Shown: positions 25,693 through 37,700 of the stretch, piece after piece
How the letters are laid out: each line of letters begins with the position of its first letter
Numbering within the stretch: position 1 is the stretch's first letter
DNA from: Adineta vaga
Lineage: Eukaryota > Animalia > Rotifera
Direction of reading: 5' to 3'
Assembly: GCA_021613535.1 (NCBI GenBank)
Contig: CP075493.1
Span: 2,232,001-2,296,000 of the forward strand
DNA: 64,000 nucleotides
Notes under the pieces: model-generated
The model's database searches: none
What the model saw: only the letters and a program-made list of their open reading frames with translations
What the model was told of the DNA's origin: nothing
Translations under genes and position numbers: made by a program

Positions 25693-27410
25693 CTAAAAAG
25701 AAAAAAAAACGACATATTTTTTTTGGACATTTCTATTAATATAAAGATTAAAGATAAACATATTCAATTTTGTATTCTATTGTTTATTAAAATTCGAATC
25801 TTTGCTCATTATTCAGTTGCGACAAGTTAGATTTTCAACTTACAAAAAAACGGATAATAACACATGTTTTCTGCGTATTAATATTGAATAGATTAACCAC
25901 AAATATGTATTTAAATGGTTTCTTTCATTGATCTCTGTGAAAGTTTTTCTATGAAATAAATAGTATAAATATCTGATGAGTATGTTCAAACCGACTTACA
26001 TAGCGTGTTTGTTAAAATAGATATTTGAAACAAATTTGTTAATGATTGAATCTGAAGATTAATAAAAATGACGAATAAAAAAACCTATTCAAGCAAAAAA
26101 TAAGTTAATATTGTATTTTTCTTGAATATTAATCAAACTAAAAAGAAATTACTTTTTTTTTCACTTATTAGAAAATTCTACATAAAAGGAAAAAAAAGAA
26201 GAATATGCAGTTCACACACACATACACATACTAAATGTAGAAAAAGAAAGAAATTGACTTAAGTGTATCATGCTTTGAAATTATTCATGAATTAGATATA
26301 GGAAATGAGAAAGAGAAAAAGGAGAGAAAAGTAAAGATAGATAGACTTGTATAGAGTTCTGTTTTTCCTATTTCTTCTTTGTTTATCAGCAACAAAGACG
26401 AAGAAAAAAACAGAGAATGAGACTAGAAAGCTCACAAATTACACTAAACTATAGGAGAGATGTAGTCAACTTATGACAGATACTGTTAGGAAAAAAAAAG
26501 ATGAGTGTAATGGAGCGACTAATAAATGAAAATAGAAGACGAACTCTTATTCAAAATCATAATAAAGAAAAACACTATTAATAAACCGATCAACAGGATT
26601 AAAGAAAGTCTTTTCACGAATTTTAAGAATTAGATTTTCTAATGACTAACTTGAGCATTCACAAAAGCTATGTTTATATATTTGCTTTGAAAAAGTTTAT
26701 TTTCGACAATAATTATATTGCAAAATTTGTAATCATTGATGATTTTATGCGGATTGTAATTTGGAATAATGAAAGATTGTTTTATACTGTTATAAGATAT
26801 ATCAAACAAAATCCGACAAGGTCTTTTTATTTTATTTCATAATGAATCTTTTTCTTGCCCTGAAAAGATTTGTAAGTATTTATTAGTCGATTATTGATTC
26901 ATAAATCCGGTTGACATCATCATCATATATAAATATTAATTCTTTTTTTGTGACACGTAAAGGTTAGTTTATCATGCCGGATTATACTTATGTTTCTAGG
27001 GTTGAGCTTTTCAGTTCTCGAGAAAAGAAATCAAGATTATGTTAATCAGAATTTGATAATCAATTTCTATGTTTTACAGATCATCTTTATATGATATGAT
27101 GGATTCAACTGTAAAGAAAAGCGTTAATGAGTAAATAGAATCATACAAAAGAATGAGAAACTCAACTAGGTGTATTATTATTCATAACAAAAAAGGAGTA
27201 GTTAAACACACTCGTCGTTTGAACTAATTTAGTGTTGATGTTTATTCTTGTATGAAGAATTTTTTTGATCGAATTCCTAATAGAATCATTTTTCACAAGA
27301 GACTAAACAATAATATTTGCTAATTTTATCTATGATGATGATGATAATAGATTTTTTTTTCTATCAGAACAAACAAACAAACAGACAGAGGAAAAAGAAA
27401 TTCATATTGA

Positions 27411-28255
27411 CTACATTTTTGATAGCAGATCAATTTTAACAATTTATTCATGTAAAGAACGTATTTACATACTTTGTGCTGGTGGTAATTGAGCTAATTG
27501 TGCATCATCTAATTGTAATAGAAGTAAAGCAGCATTCTCATCAAGATTGGGAGCACGTATCGGTGGTGCTAAAGGATTGAGTTGAGGTTGAAATGAAGGT
27601 TGAACAGGTGGTAGAAGTAATAGACCAGGAAACATGCCAGCACCGGAAAGTAGAGCAGCTTGGAAAAGAGCAGCAGCTGCAGCTTGTTGAGCATTAGCAG
27701 GATTAGAAGGTATCATTGGCATTGAAAATGGTACACCAGGAATAACTGGAAATGGAAATGGACCAGCTGCATTGCCTCCCACAGGAAGAGGAAATGAAAC
27801 AGTGACTACTGCTGTTGGTTATGTCGTTGTTGTAAGTAGTTTTTTTTCAATATCTGCAGGTGCCGGAATGATATCTTTATCAGCACGATTAAGTAATGCC
27901 ATAGCGACTTGAGGATCGACAATTCTCATGACAACTTGAGCTTGTAAAAGTGCATAAGCTAATTGAGGATTAGTTGATAGAAGTGTTTTAGCTTCGTTTG
28001 GATTGGCTTCAATACATTGTTTCATTTGTTTCATCAATTCAAACATCTATTATAAAAACAATCAAATAATTCTTATTCATTTGACATGAGGGAATCTATG
28101 TAAGAATAAATTAGTCTTCGTTCTTTCCTATGTCTATAACAGTAGATGTCGAAAGGTCTCAATTAGTGCATAACTTCTTCGATATTCTTTCACCGAGTGA
28201 ATTTACGAATCTGGGCTGGTGGTAAAGACGCCACAGCATTAGAAATTGATTCACG
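27411..28255 (-). pseudogene. Partial, disabled duplicate of CstF-64 (hinge and C-terminal domain, no RRM)
   Basis: Aligns to 33173-34042, intron included. Lesions: splice donor GT>AT at 28210-28209, a 1-nt frameshift near 27850, a 27-nt deletion, and CAA>TAA at 27467-27465. Downstream flank similarity extends to about 26890. Confidence 0.9.
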
Positions 28256-29222
28256 TCTTGTTAATATTTGAATTACCAGTTGATGTAAGAGTATGATAGG
28301 ATAAGGTTATAATTTTGATATGCATATACACACAGAATGCTCGAATATCTCTTAATAAGCTGAAATTAAAACAGATATAGAACTTTACTTAAAAGATAAA
28401 TAATATCTAAAGTTGAATTCTTTTTTTACGACGATATGTATCAAAATTGAGACGTGATTGCCTTTATCAATTGATGTATAGAATAATTAAGAAAGAAAAA
28501 ATAATAACATTCTCTGAATGATTGATCATTTCGACTAGAATAGTCTTGAAGTTCTTTATTCTTTTTATGGTAACAATCAACGATCATCTTATAAACTTAT
28601 ATTTTATTGAATTTCTTCACAAATTTTACCTGAAATCTATAAAAAAATCAAATGATTTGATCTTTAAGAATCATGTACTAGTCGTATTTTATGAAAACTG
28701 AATTTATACAACGTCAGCGAAGAAATAAACGAAAAAATTCATTCATCTCTTATTAAATTGATGTTTTCACCCTCAAGCATTCGTTTTTAATCTCCTTTAT
28801 ACCGAGGATTCATGCGTTCTGTTATCAGTCTGAATCTGAAGACGGCGGTATTCAAAAGTAAAATGAACATTGGCATGTATAACATGACTTTAACAAATAA
28901 GAATTCTTTACTATTCCATAAGCTTAGTTTTAATTGATGAGAATAAATATCTTCAATATTATTTCCAAAAATATATCAACGAGAAAGGCTGTTACATGAA
29001 CAAAGACTATTGTCTACGACACTTTTTCGAATAATTTTTTTGTTTTGTTCTATGAAATAATGTGGACCAAAGATCGTGAGCAGCATTCACTCTGAATTCA
29101 TTGATAATTCATTGGACAGAAGATATTATTCCTTATCTTTGAAACTCTTTGATATATAAGATTCTAAGTGATTCTCAACCTCAATTTTATTATATCACAG
29201 GTCTATCAATACATCACAGTAC

Positions 29223-30218
29223 TCATTGAATGGTCACACGATTAGCGACCATACGCGCACCAGTGAAATTGGTTGGACGAATAATACGTCGTTGTCGGTA
29301 ATACTGTAAAGTTTTCTTGAGTTTCGCTCGTAGCTCCGGTAATGATCCAATGGTGAATATTGGAAAAAAGAGAAAAGTATAATAACTGACAAATAACATA
29401 CGCGATGAAAATTCAGCTCCTATGTAAGATGGCATACCACATAGATGAAGAAAAGAGATAAATATAGAAGGAAATGGTAAGATCAAATAGAGAAATGAAA
29501 TAATTAGCACTTGAAGTGCCATCTTTCGATACCGTCGCCAGTGAATCTGCCGTTGCACATGATATTTTTGCCATAAAATGCGTATCAGAAGAACAATACT
29601 CGAAATAATAATAGTAAAGGTAGGCAAAATTCCATGGGCTATTATATCATATAGAAAGAGATTTGTGCTTTTGAATGCACAAGGGAAAAAACCTGGCCGA
29701 CTTAAATAATTGAAATTATTGACGCATTGCGAAGCAAAAAATATTAAAGTATAATACATCAGGCAGTAAAAAATGATTATAAATGGTGGAAAGTAATGAA
29801 AATATATTCGCCTGTTTCTAGATGACGTTAGTTGATCATAAAAAATTAGAATATGTCTTTCAATTGTGATCCAAGCGTATAACAAAAACTGTAGAACATA
29901 AATTTGCCAATCAATATATCCCCAAACAAGACGAAACATCGGTGTTGTGGTAAAGGTTTTAAAAGTACGAAAATAGTGAATAAAGCAAAGTATATTTGTC
30001 AGACTGTAAAATAGGTTAATAATGAGAAGAATAATCATAACATCATTGTGCAGTTCTCGACGAAGATTGCGATCAACAATAAAATAATACAGAGTCAACG
30101 AACACGCTAGAATCGATGGGATAACTAGGAAAAGAAAGAGCCAGAACTGAATCGAATAAAATCGTTGTGTATCGACATCAAATATTGGTAAGTCTTCAAT
30201 GGAATCGTTGTTTGCCAT
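29223..30218 (-). CDS. Intronless orphan rhodopsin-like (class A) GPCR
   Basis: Seven hydrophobic segments, TM3 end AWITIERHILIF (ERH in place of DRY), TM6 RKMALQVLIISFLY..P, and a TM7/helix-8 region FFPIFTIGSLPELR. Confidence 0.85.
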   Translation of the reverse strand: MANNDSIEDLPIFDVDTQRFYSIQFWLFLFLVIPSILACSLTLYYFIVDRNLRRELHNDVMIILLIINLFYSLTNILCFIHYFRTFKTFTTTPMFRLVWGYIDWQIYVLQFLLYAWITIERHILIFYDQLTSSRNRRIYFHYFPPFIIIFYCLMYYTLIFFASQCVNNFNYLSRPGFFPCAFKSTNLFLYDIIAHGILPTFTIIISSIVLLIRILWQKYHVQRQIHWRRYRKMALQVLIISFLYLILPFPSIFISFLHLCGMPSYIGAEFSSRMLFVSYYTFLFFPIFTIGSLPELRAKLKKTLQYYRQRRIIRPTNFTGARMVANRVTIQ

Positions 30219-31467
30219 CAATACTGTTGAGTAGAAATGAAACTATTATCACTTATAGAACTATTATAGTAGTAATATGGATGAAGAAAGATTGTCATAA
30301 AGTGTGCATTACATTTTCTTGCATTTTTAATTATCAATCTAACATATGAGGATCTTTTTGAAATATAATTACCAGCCTGTCAGAGCAACTCCAGTGGGAT
30401 TAATATGTGAAATACGATGTAGCAATATCGAACCTCGAAGACATCATTTAATTTAATTTATATATATCAATTTCTTTCTTTTGTCTCTGTTACCTGTGAT
30501 AGTTAACGCTTGCTATTTCATTGCTGTCAAGATAAGGCATATAATATGTACTCTTAATGACGAACAACGAAACTAGAACTTACTGAATGTTTACAAAGTC
30601 TGATAGTTTCAACTGCTCATTTCTCTCACGGTAGGATTCGTCTAATTAGAATCTGGAAATTCCATCAAATTTTGTATGCGGTAGTTGGCATTGATATTTG
30701 ATAACTACAGTGATACCTCTGTTGAGAACATTTCCCTACTCTGAACATTGAAGACTTCTTGTGGTCCCTTCTATATAAGAAAACCTCTGCATAATGAACG
30801 TGCACCGAGTAAACACGCTTTCTTGTATGCAATGAGAAGCAGAAGTTGTCTGGCTGAAGTTCATGGACACTATTCAAATGAACTAAAAAGACGTTTTCAA
30901 CAATTCGTCCAAACAAACTCAACTTATTGTTCACCTAATATAGAATACAAAGGAGAGACTCTTGAAATCAAACGTTTTAACAAAATTCAAAAGTCGATCA
31001 CGAAAAAAAAGAGCAAAACTAAACGACAGGTATACTACCCTGGAAAAGAGACTCTACAGATTAAAAACATAAAATACAATGTCGATATTCTTCTGAATAT
31101 TTTGTAGGTTTTCAGATTTGCTTTAACAAATCTATTTGAAATAGAATATGTTTGTGAAATTGTTGGGTGAAGTACGTTTCATACCTTCCTTTCCGAACTC
31201 CCTGTTTTTCCTTATGAAGTCCGTTCCGAACACGCTCAAGATTTTATGGATACAAATTGAAACTAATCGATAATATATTAGTGGTTATATTGATAATATG
31301 TTTAGATGTGTGAAAACTAGTTATAATCAGATTCCATAAAGTCCTATTATCACTTTCTGATAAGTCGCAAAAGGTGATAGTATTCACTCTTAGATAATGC
31401 CTAAAAATCTATTCTCGTTTATTCTGATTTTGTAGTATTTGAACAAAAATGATGTTATTGAATATCA

Positions 31468-31501
31468 ACTTTAACTTTTAAAGTAAAGTTAAAGTGCCGG
31501 C
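31468..31501. repeat. Perfect 11-bp inverted repeat (hairpin) followed by GCCGGC; possible MITE relic
   Basis: ACTTTAACTTT-taaagt-AAAGTTAAAGT-GCCGGC. Confidence 0.5.
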
Positions 31502-31945
31502 CTTCCTTTCAGTCAACGAGATAATAAAAACTAAATTTTTATTTATTTATTTATTTATTTCTATTTCTATTTCACTTCAAAACAAAAGTCAAACAACGTA
31601 AATTATAATTTATTGCCGTGCTGGTGTTCAACTTAATCACACCAGAGCTGCGTGCGATCGAACAAACATTTTTGAATAAATTCTTCATTTTGTTGAGGAA
31701 AATTTGTTTTCATCTGAGCACTTTCGGTATTTATTCAAATAAAATAACTAGAATAATACTTTTTGGAAATGCTCTTGAAGTTGTAGTAATAGCCATGTGC
31801 AGGGGAAAAAAATTAGATTTATAGAAACTTTTGAATTTCGTGACCCTAACACTTTCTGAAACATGGATCTATGTATCAGTCTCTTATTTTGCTCTCATCT
31901 TTATTGAAGTGACGAGTTTGTTGTTAGATGTTAGTATCGAAAGTC

Positions 31946-32038
31946 ATGGGATGGAACAAAAGATTTGATGTCCTGTCCCATTGCATGTAGCTACTCTTCG
32001 AAAACTACACTCCCATCCCATCTCAAGCGGAGCCCTGA
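31946..32038. mobile_element. Probable degenerate MITE end with ATGGG/CCCAT sub-terminal repeats
   Basis: Imperfect inverted repeat ATGGGATGGAACA...TGTCCTGTCCCAT, then TCCCATCCCAT and a GC-rich CGGAGCCCTG terminus, all in AT-rich intergenic DNA. Confidence 0.4.
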
Positions 32039-32634
32039 CGTCAATTATTCAAAGACAGGTAACAAGTGATTAATAACTTTTCATATCCAAATAATCTGCG
32101 TAGAGAAAGGGTAAGTTCGCATCAGTTTAAAATACTATTCAATCGCACTCAGATATCTCTACTTGAAACCGTAAACATGCATGAGATAGATGGAACAATA
32201 TTTTTATGTTGTGTGATCTGTGATCCTGATAAAGACAGACAGACTGTTTGTTTCATATGATTATCCTATTAGTCGAGGAAACTACAAACAACATCAGAAA
32301 CTCAAATGAATTCATCTTAAAAAAATAATCAAACTTATAAAACAAAAACTGATTATTTTCATATGTGTGTGATGACTGTAGCTTGCTTTGATTGAAACTG
32401 TTCGATTTGATCATAATTACGTTTCTACATTCGTAAAAAGATACTTCAAAATGACTTCAATTTCTTCTTTTTTTCTATACCATATACGAAATTAAAAAAA
32501 ATACTTATTCTCAATGCACAATTGTGTATTTACATCTATGTATTAGTAAAACCATAAATAGAAGGATTCCATGAAATGTGATCTTTTTATATTTTCTTTT
32601 TGTTCAATATTCCCCCATCGTTTGTCATGAACAA

Positions 32635-32963
32635 ATGAAGGTGAAAGTTACTATTATTCTTCTAATCATCGTTTTATCGTTCGTCATCGTCCAGGTATTT
32701 TTTGTTTATTATGAAGAAGAAGAAATTGCTGACAAAGAATTGTAGATGGATTCATTTAAAAATCATTTTAATAAGTACACTTGAAAAAGAAGAAAAAATT
32801 TCACGTCTAAAATAAATAAAATTGAGAACCACATGACGAAGTGTTTCTTGTGTTCTTATGAGTTTATGAAATGTTGCAGAACTTTATCTGATGTAATCTT
32901 TAACTTAAAATGTTCAGATCAAAAAGATCTCAAAGTATCTACTGTTTAATCATCGATTCATAA
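32635..32963 (+). CDS. Candidate small secreted Cys-rich peptide (may be disrupted)
   Basis: A 60-nt exon encodes a signal peptide (MKVKVTIILLIIVLSFVIVQ), followed by a canonical 51-nt intron (32695-32745). The same frame continues MDSFKNHFNKYT*KRRKNF...KCFLCSYEFMKCCRTLSDVIFNLKCSDQKRSQSIYCLIIDS*. Confidence 0.4.
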
Positions 32964-33172
32964 ATCCGCTTGACATTATTAAATGTAAATATTAGTTTTT
33001 CTCGAACTTACAATCAGTTTATCGTGAATGTTTATTCTTGCATGACAAACTCTTTTAATAAATTCACAGTAGAATCATTTTTTTCATTTTATCTATGATG
33101 ATGATGATAGATTTTTTTATTTCTATCAGAGCAAACAAACAAACAGACAGAGGAAAAAGAAATTCATATTGA

Positions 33173-34586
33173 CTACATTTTTGGTAATAGACCGGTTTTA
33201 GCAATTTGTTCACGTAAAGAACGAATTTGCATACTTTGTGCTGGTGGTAATTGAGCTAATTGTGCATCATCTAATTGTAATAGAAGTAAAGCAGCATTCT
33301 CATCAAGATTGGGAGCACGTATTGGTGGTGCTAAAGGATTGAGTTGAGGTTGAAATGAAGGTTGAACAGGCGGAAATGGTGTGACATGTGGCATAGGTGG
33401 TGGAATTAATGAGCCAGGAAACATGCCAGCGCCCGAAAGAAGAGCTGCTTGAAAAAGAGCAGCGGCTGCAGCTTGTTGAGCATTAGCAGGATTAGACGGT
33501 ATCATTGGCATTGAAAATGGTACACCAGGAATAACTGGAAATGGAAATGGACCAGCTGCATTGCCTCCCACAGGATGAGGAAGTGGAGCAGTGACTGATG
33601 TTGTTGATTGTGTCGTTGTTGTAAGTAGTTTTTTCATATCTGCAGGTGCAGGAATGATATCTTTATCAGCACGATTAAGTAATGCCATAGCGACTTGAGG
33701 ATCGACAATTCTCATGACAACTTGAGCTTGTAAAAGTGCATAAGCTAATTGAGGATTAGTTGATAGAAGTGTTTTAGCTTCGTTTGGATTGGCTTCAATA
33801 CATTGTTTCATTTGTTTCATCAATTCAAACATCTATTATAAAAACAATCAAATAATTCTTATTCATTTGACATAAGAGAATCTATGTAAGAATAAATTAT
33901 TCTTCGTTCTTTCCTATGTCTATAACAGTAGATGTCGAAAGATCTCAATTAGTTATAACTTCTTCGATATTCTTTCACCGAGTGAATTTACGAACCTGGG
34001 CTGGTGGTAAAGACGCAACAGCATTAGAAATTGATTCACGTTCTTCTTTATTATTAGAATTAGCACTCGTGGTTGTCGAAGTATTTGGTGATTCCATTGT
34101 TGAAGTAGATGCTGATGGTTGTGATGCTGTTGCATTTGCTAGACGAGGATCATTCTTATTCAATGATGTAACAGTCGTTGTTGTTGTTGTACATAATTGT
34201 TCAAATAAATTTATAATTGGTTCAGCTTGATTCGAAAGTAGATCAACAACAAGACGAAAGTCACCAAGATCAAGACCATTCAATCTATTGATAACTGTTT
34301 GAGCAATTTCATTCGATGCAAACTAAAATCATGAAGATTCCATAAAATGAAACACAACCTATGTCAAAATAACAAATAAACTTACTTCAGCAAAAGCATA
34401 ACCTCTAGCTGTTTGTGCATTGGAATCATTCGTATTATTTGTTCCCGAAGGATCAAGAAACATATGAAAATGAATAAGTACTCCAAATTGACTTAACATT
34501 TGTCGAAAAAGATCTTCTGTTATACCAGCTGGTATATTTTGTACAAATATAGAACGCAAATATCGTTCAATATGTGCTGGTGGCAT
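33173..34586 (-). CDS. CSTF2: Cleavage stimulation factor 64 kDa subunit (CstF-64)
   Basis: Exons 34586-34386, 34322-33996 and 33832-33173. RRM (RSIFVQNIP...RGYAFAEF), hinge domain (ISNAVASLPPAQMFELMKQMK...NPQLAYALLQAQVVMRIVDP) and C-terminal domain (QLAQLPPAQSMQIRSLREQI). Confidence 0.93.
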
Positions 34587-34782
34587 AGTTTATTTTTTTC
34601 TAGAAAAAAAATATTTGTTTTTCTTTTCTTAATAAGGACGCATTTTTCTTCGAATATTGTTTTTTTGATTTTTACGCGCAATGAAAACTCTTAATCAATA
34701 GAAAAAAAAGGTAAAAAGAAAAAGAATATGATTCGAATCTTGATTAATAGCTTGTTTTGAATGTAATAAATTGAACACAGCT

Positions 34783-37700
34783 TTAACGAGCAAAATCCCA
34801 ACGTGATTGATCCTTTGTATCATTAGTTTCATCGGTTGATGTTTTTGGCCACCATGATGTTGTTGAATTCGATGGAGTCATTGGATTCCAAAACTAAAAG
34901 AAAAAAGAAAAGTCAATTTCATTTACTAAGGTCCAAAGTAAACAATTATAGAACATACTGAATTATTTCCTTCATTTTCTTGTTTATTTTCTGCTACATT
35001 ATCAACTGAAGGCGAATCAGTTACTGGTAAAAACTTTGGCCAATTATTGTCTGATGATTTTGTTGAATCAACAGATGAAGCAGCTACTGATGGAAATATT
35101 TCATTCCATTCGTTTCTTTGTTTTGTATGTGTAGTTAATGGTGTTGAACGTGGTGTGGCAGTTCCTAAAGCGGTTGGCCAAACTGTTGTTTCTTCTTTAG
35201 ATACTTGTCGTAATGCGAATGGATTTTGCATTCGTGTTGTTGATGGAACATTTGAACTTTGCATAGTGGTCATTGGCCATGTTGAATCATATTTTGTCGA
35301 CCAATCATTTGTTGAAAATGGTGTCCAAGGTACATTTGGTGTCGGAAAATCTTGTATCAATGTCGATGTTGCTGTAGTTGTTGTTGTTGAATTCGAAACA
35401 TTAGGCATTGGTGGTACTGTTGTAATACTGTTTTGATGATGAAGAAGATGATTAATTTGAACGAGCACATCTGGTGTACTTGGTGATTGAATTGTATCAG
35501 AAAAGAACGCTGAAGATTGTGCATTTGGTTGGTACGCAAGTTTATTAGGACGTTGTATTGGACCAGGTGAATGTTGTGGAAATGTTATTGGTTCAATACT
35601 ATAAAAGAGAGAAAAACGTTTTGTAACTTTTGGCATGATTTTATAGTATCTTTGAATCTCAAATAACTGAAATGTAAATGACGTTCGTTATATCACAAAT
35701 CAATCTTAAATACTTGCTTGCAGAACAACTGTTGGTCTTAATTTCTTCCCAGTTCAGTTAACTTTCAAATCCGTGAGTCAAAAAAAGCTGTAATTTCAAC
35801 AGAGAGAATTCCAACTTACAAACAATTTCTTCTTTCCTTCTGTCAACTGTCACTTGAAAGAAAAAACGATTTCATCCTTCTTCATTCTTATACATGCTGC
35901 TCACGTGAAGAATATTATACGCTGTTATGTGTGTGATAATCAAAAGTATCCTTTTCTCTCTCTGATAGGTTTTTTAATTTCATACTTTTCTTTAATGACA
36001 GATGTCGGTGTTGTTGATTTTTCTTGTGCACTTGTTGTCATTGCCGGTGATGATACTGATAATGACATTAACGGTGGTATATTGTTTGGTGTCGTTTTCT
36101 GTTGTGTTTGTGTTCGTTCATTCGTATCCAATTCATTTTGTAAAGCATATCGACCAAAATCTGAAAAAGAAAATCATTTCCAATATTTCATCAACAATTT
36201 CAACTCACTCGAAGGTGTAACGTAAGTTAAATCAAGCATTTTAAATTTAATTAAATGTAAGTTAAAATATTTAGGAAATAGCAGAGAATTAAAAGTTAAA
36301 TCGAGTTCTTAATTTGCGTCACTCTCTGGATGTTTTCAATTTGCTCTCATAAAAATCCCTGCCTTATATACTTTGAGATTGAGTAATGACGTAGACAGAA
36401 CGAGTAAAAACAACATTAAAAAAATATACAACACGCGTATACCAATCAACAAAATCATCGTTTTTTGAATCGTTGCCAAAGAAAAAACGAAAAAAATGTA
36501 TTCTCCCGTTCTTTCTTCCTCTTATGATTAATTTTTCACTCAACGAAAAGAAAACGGAATGTATACGTACTCTTCATTTTGATAGGTGTATATTAGCCAG
36601 CAGAGCAAGTGTTATATAGGCGATAGAAAAACTTAGAGCAAATTTTATTACCATCATCAGGAATATCAGGCTCATCCCAATCGAGATTTTCTTCGAGATC
36701 ATCGTCATCAGATCGTATTCTTTCATCTTCTCCATCACCACCAGCACCACCACGCTCCGATGGTGGTGCTGAGGAACAACGCGAACGTATGGACATTGAA
36801 CATGCTGTAGCTGCTGTTGGTAAACCGGCTGCCCATAATTGTTCTGTTAATTGACGGAAGGCTAATTCGCGATTCGTACTAAACAAAGGTGTACTATCCT
36901 GTAAACTATTTCTTTTTACTAAATTAGGAGTAGGTATAGGAGATGCATTTTTAGGAGCGGGAGGACGACGATGACGACGACGCGATGGTTTTGATGTATT
37001 TGTTGTAGGTTGAGGTGGAATTGATACCGATGACGGTGGTGTTTGATTTTCTAAAAGAAAATTCGATATAGATCATTTGTTTGCAAAGAAAAATAGCAAG
37101 TTTATGCGAACCAGGTGTTTCGGTTGTTGTTTTTTTCACTACTTGAGATTCAACAGTTGGTTCTCGACGAGAAGAAGTTCTACTTTTACCTTGCCCTTTA
37201 CTTGTCTGAACCATTTTCCATTGTCGATCTTCAATAGAATTATCTATTTCAGATGGATTTATTCGATCATAATGAGGGGAAGATTGATGTTTAGATTGAA
37301 TAGGATTAGTATCTACAACTGCTGTCGGAGTAACGTTTGATGATGTTTTCTTCGTTTTACTCGAGAGACGTCTCGATCTTGGAGCCTAGATATAAATATT
37401 TTTTGTCCTGAATTGAACGATCATATTGTTTAATGCAACATACGACAAAGGGTTCTGATTCTTCATCGGATACGGTAGATGATGAGACACCTTTTGGTGG
37501 AGCTGGAGGCTTTCGTTGATCTGATTTTTTTCTGCGTTGTTGCGGTTCTGATTGAACACTAATTCATGTTGATTCTTCGATGACTAAAGAATGTTTTATC
37601 TCTATTCCGATTCCTTTCATATTTATCATAAAAACTTACTTTCGATGGGCCGCTACTATCAGTCGTTGCTCGTCGAACTTTCTCTGGTGCTGGTTTCGGT

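Noticed and set aside
30665-31107. 119-aa ORF with a weak internal repeat (KGETLEIK/GKETLQIK)
   Set aside because: Non-ATG start, no recognisable family and no exon structure.
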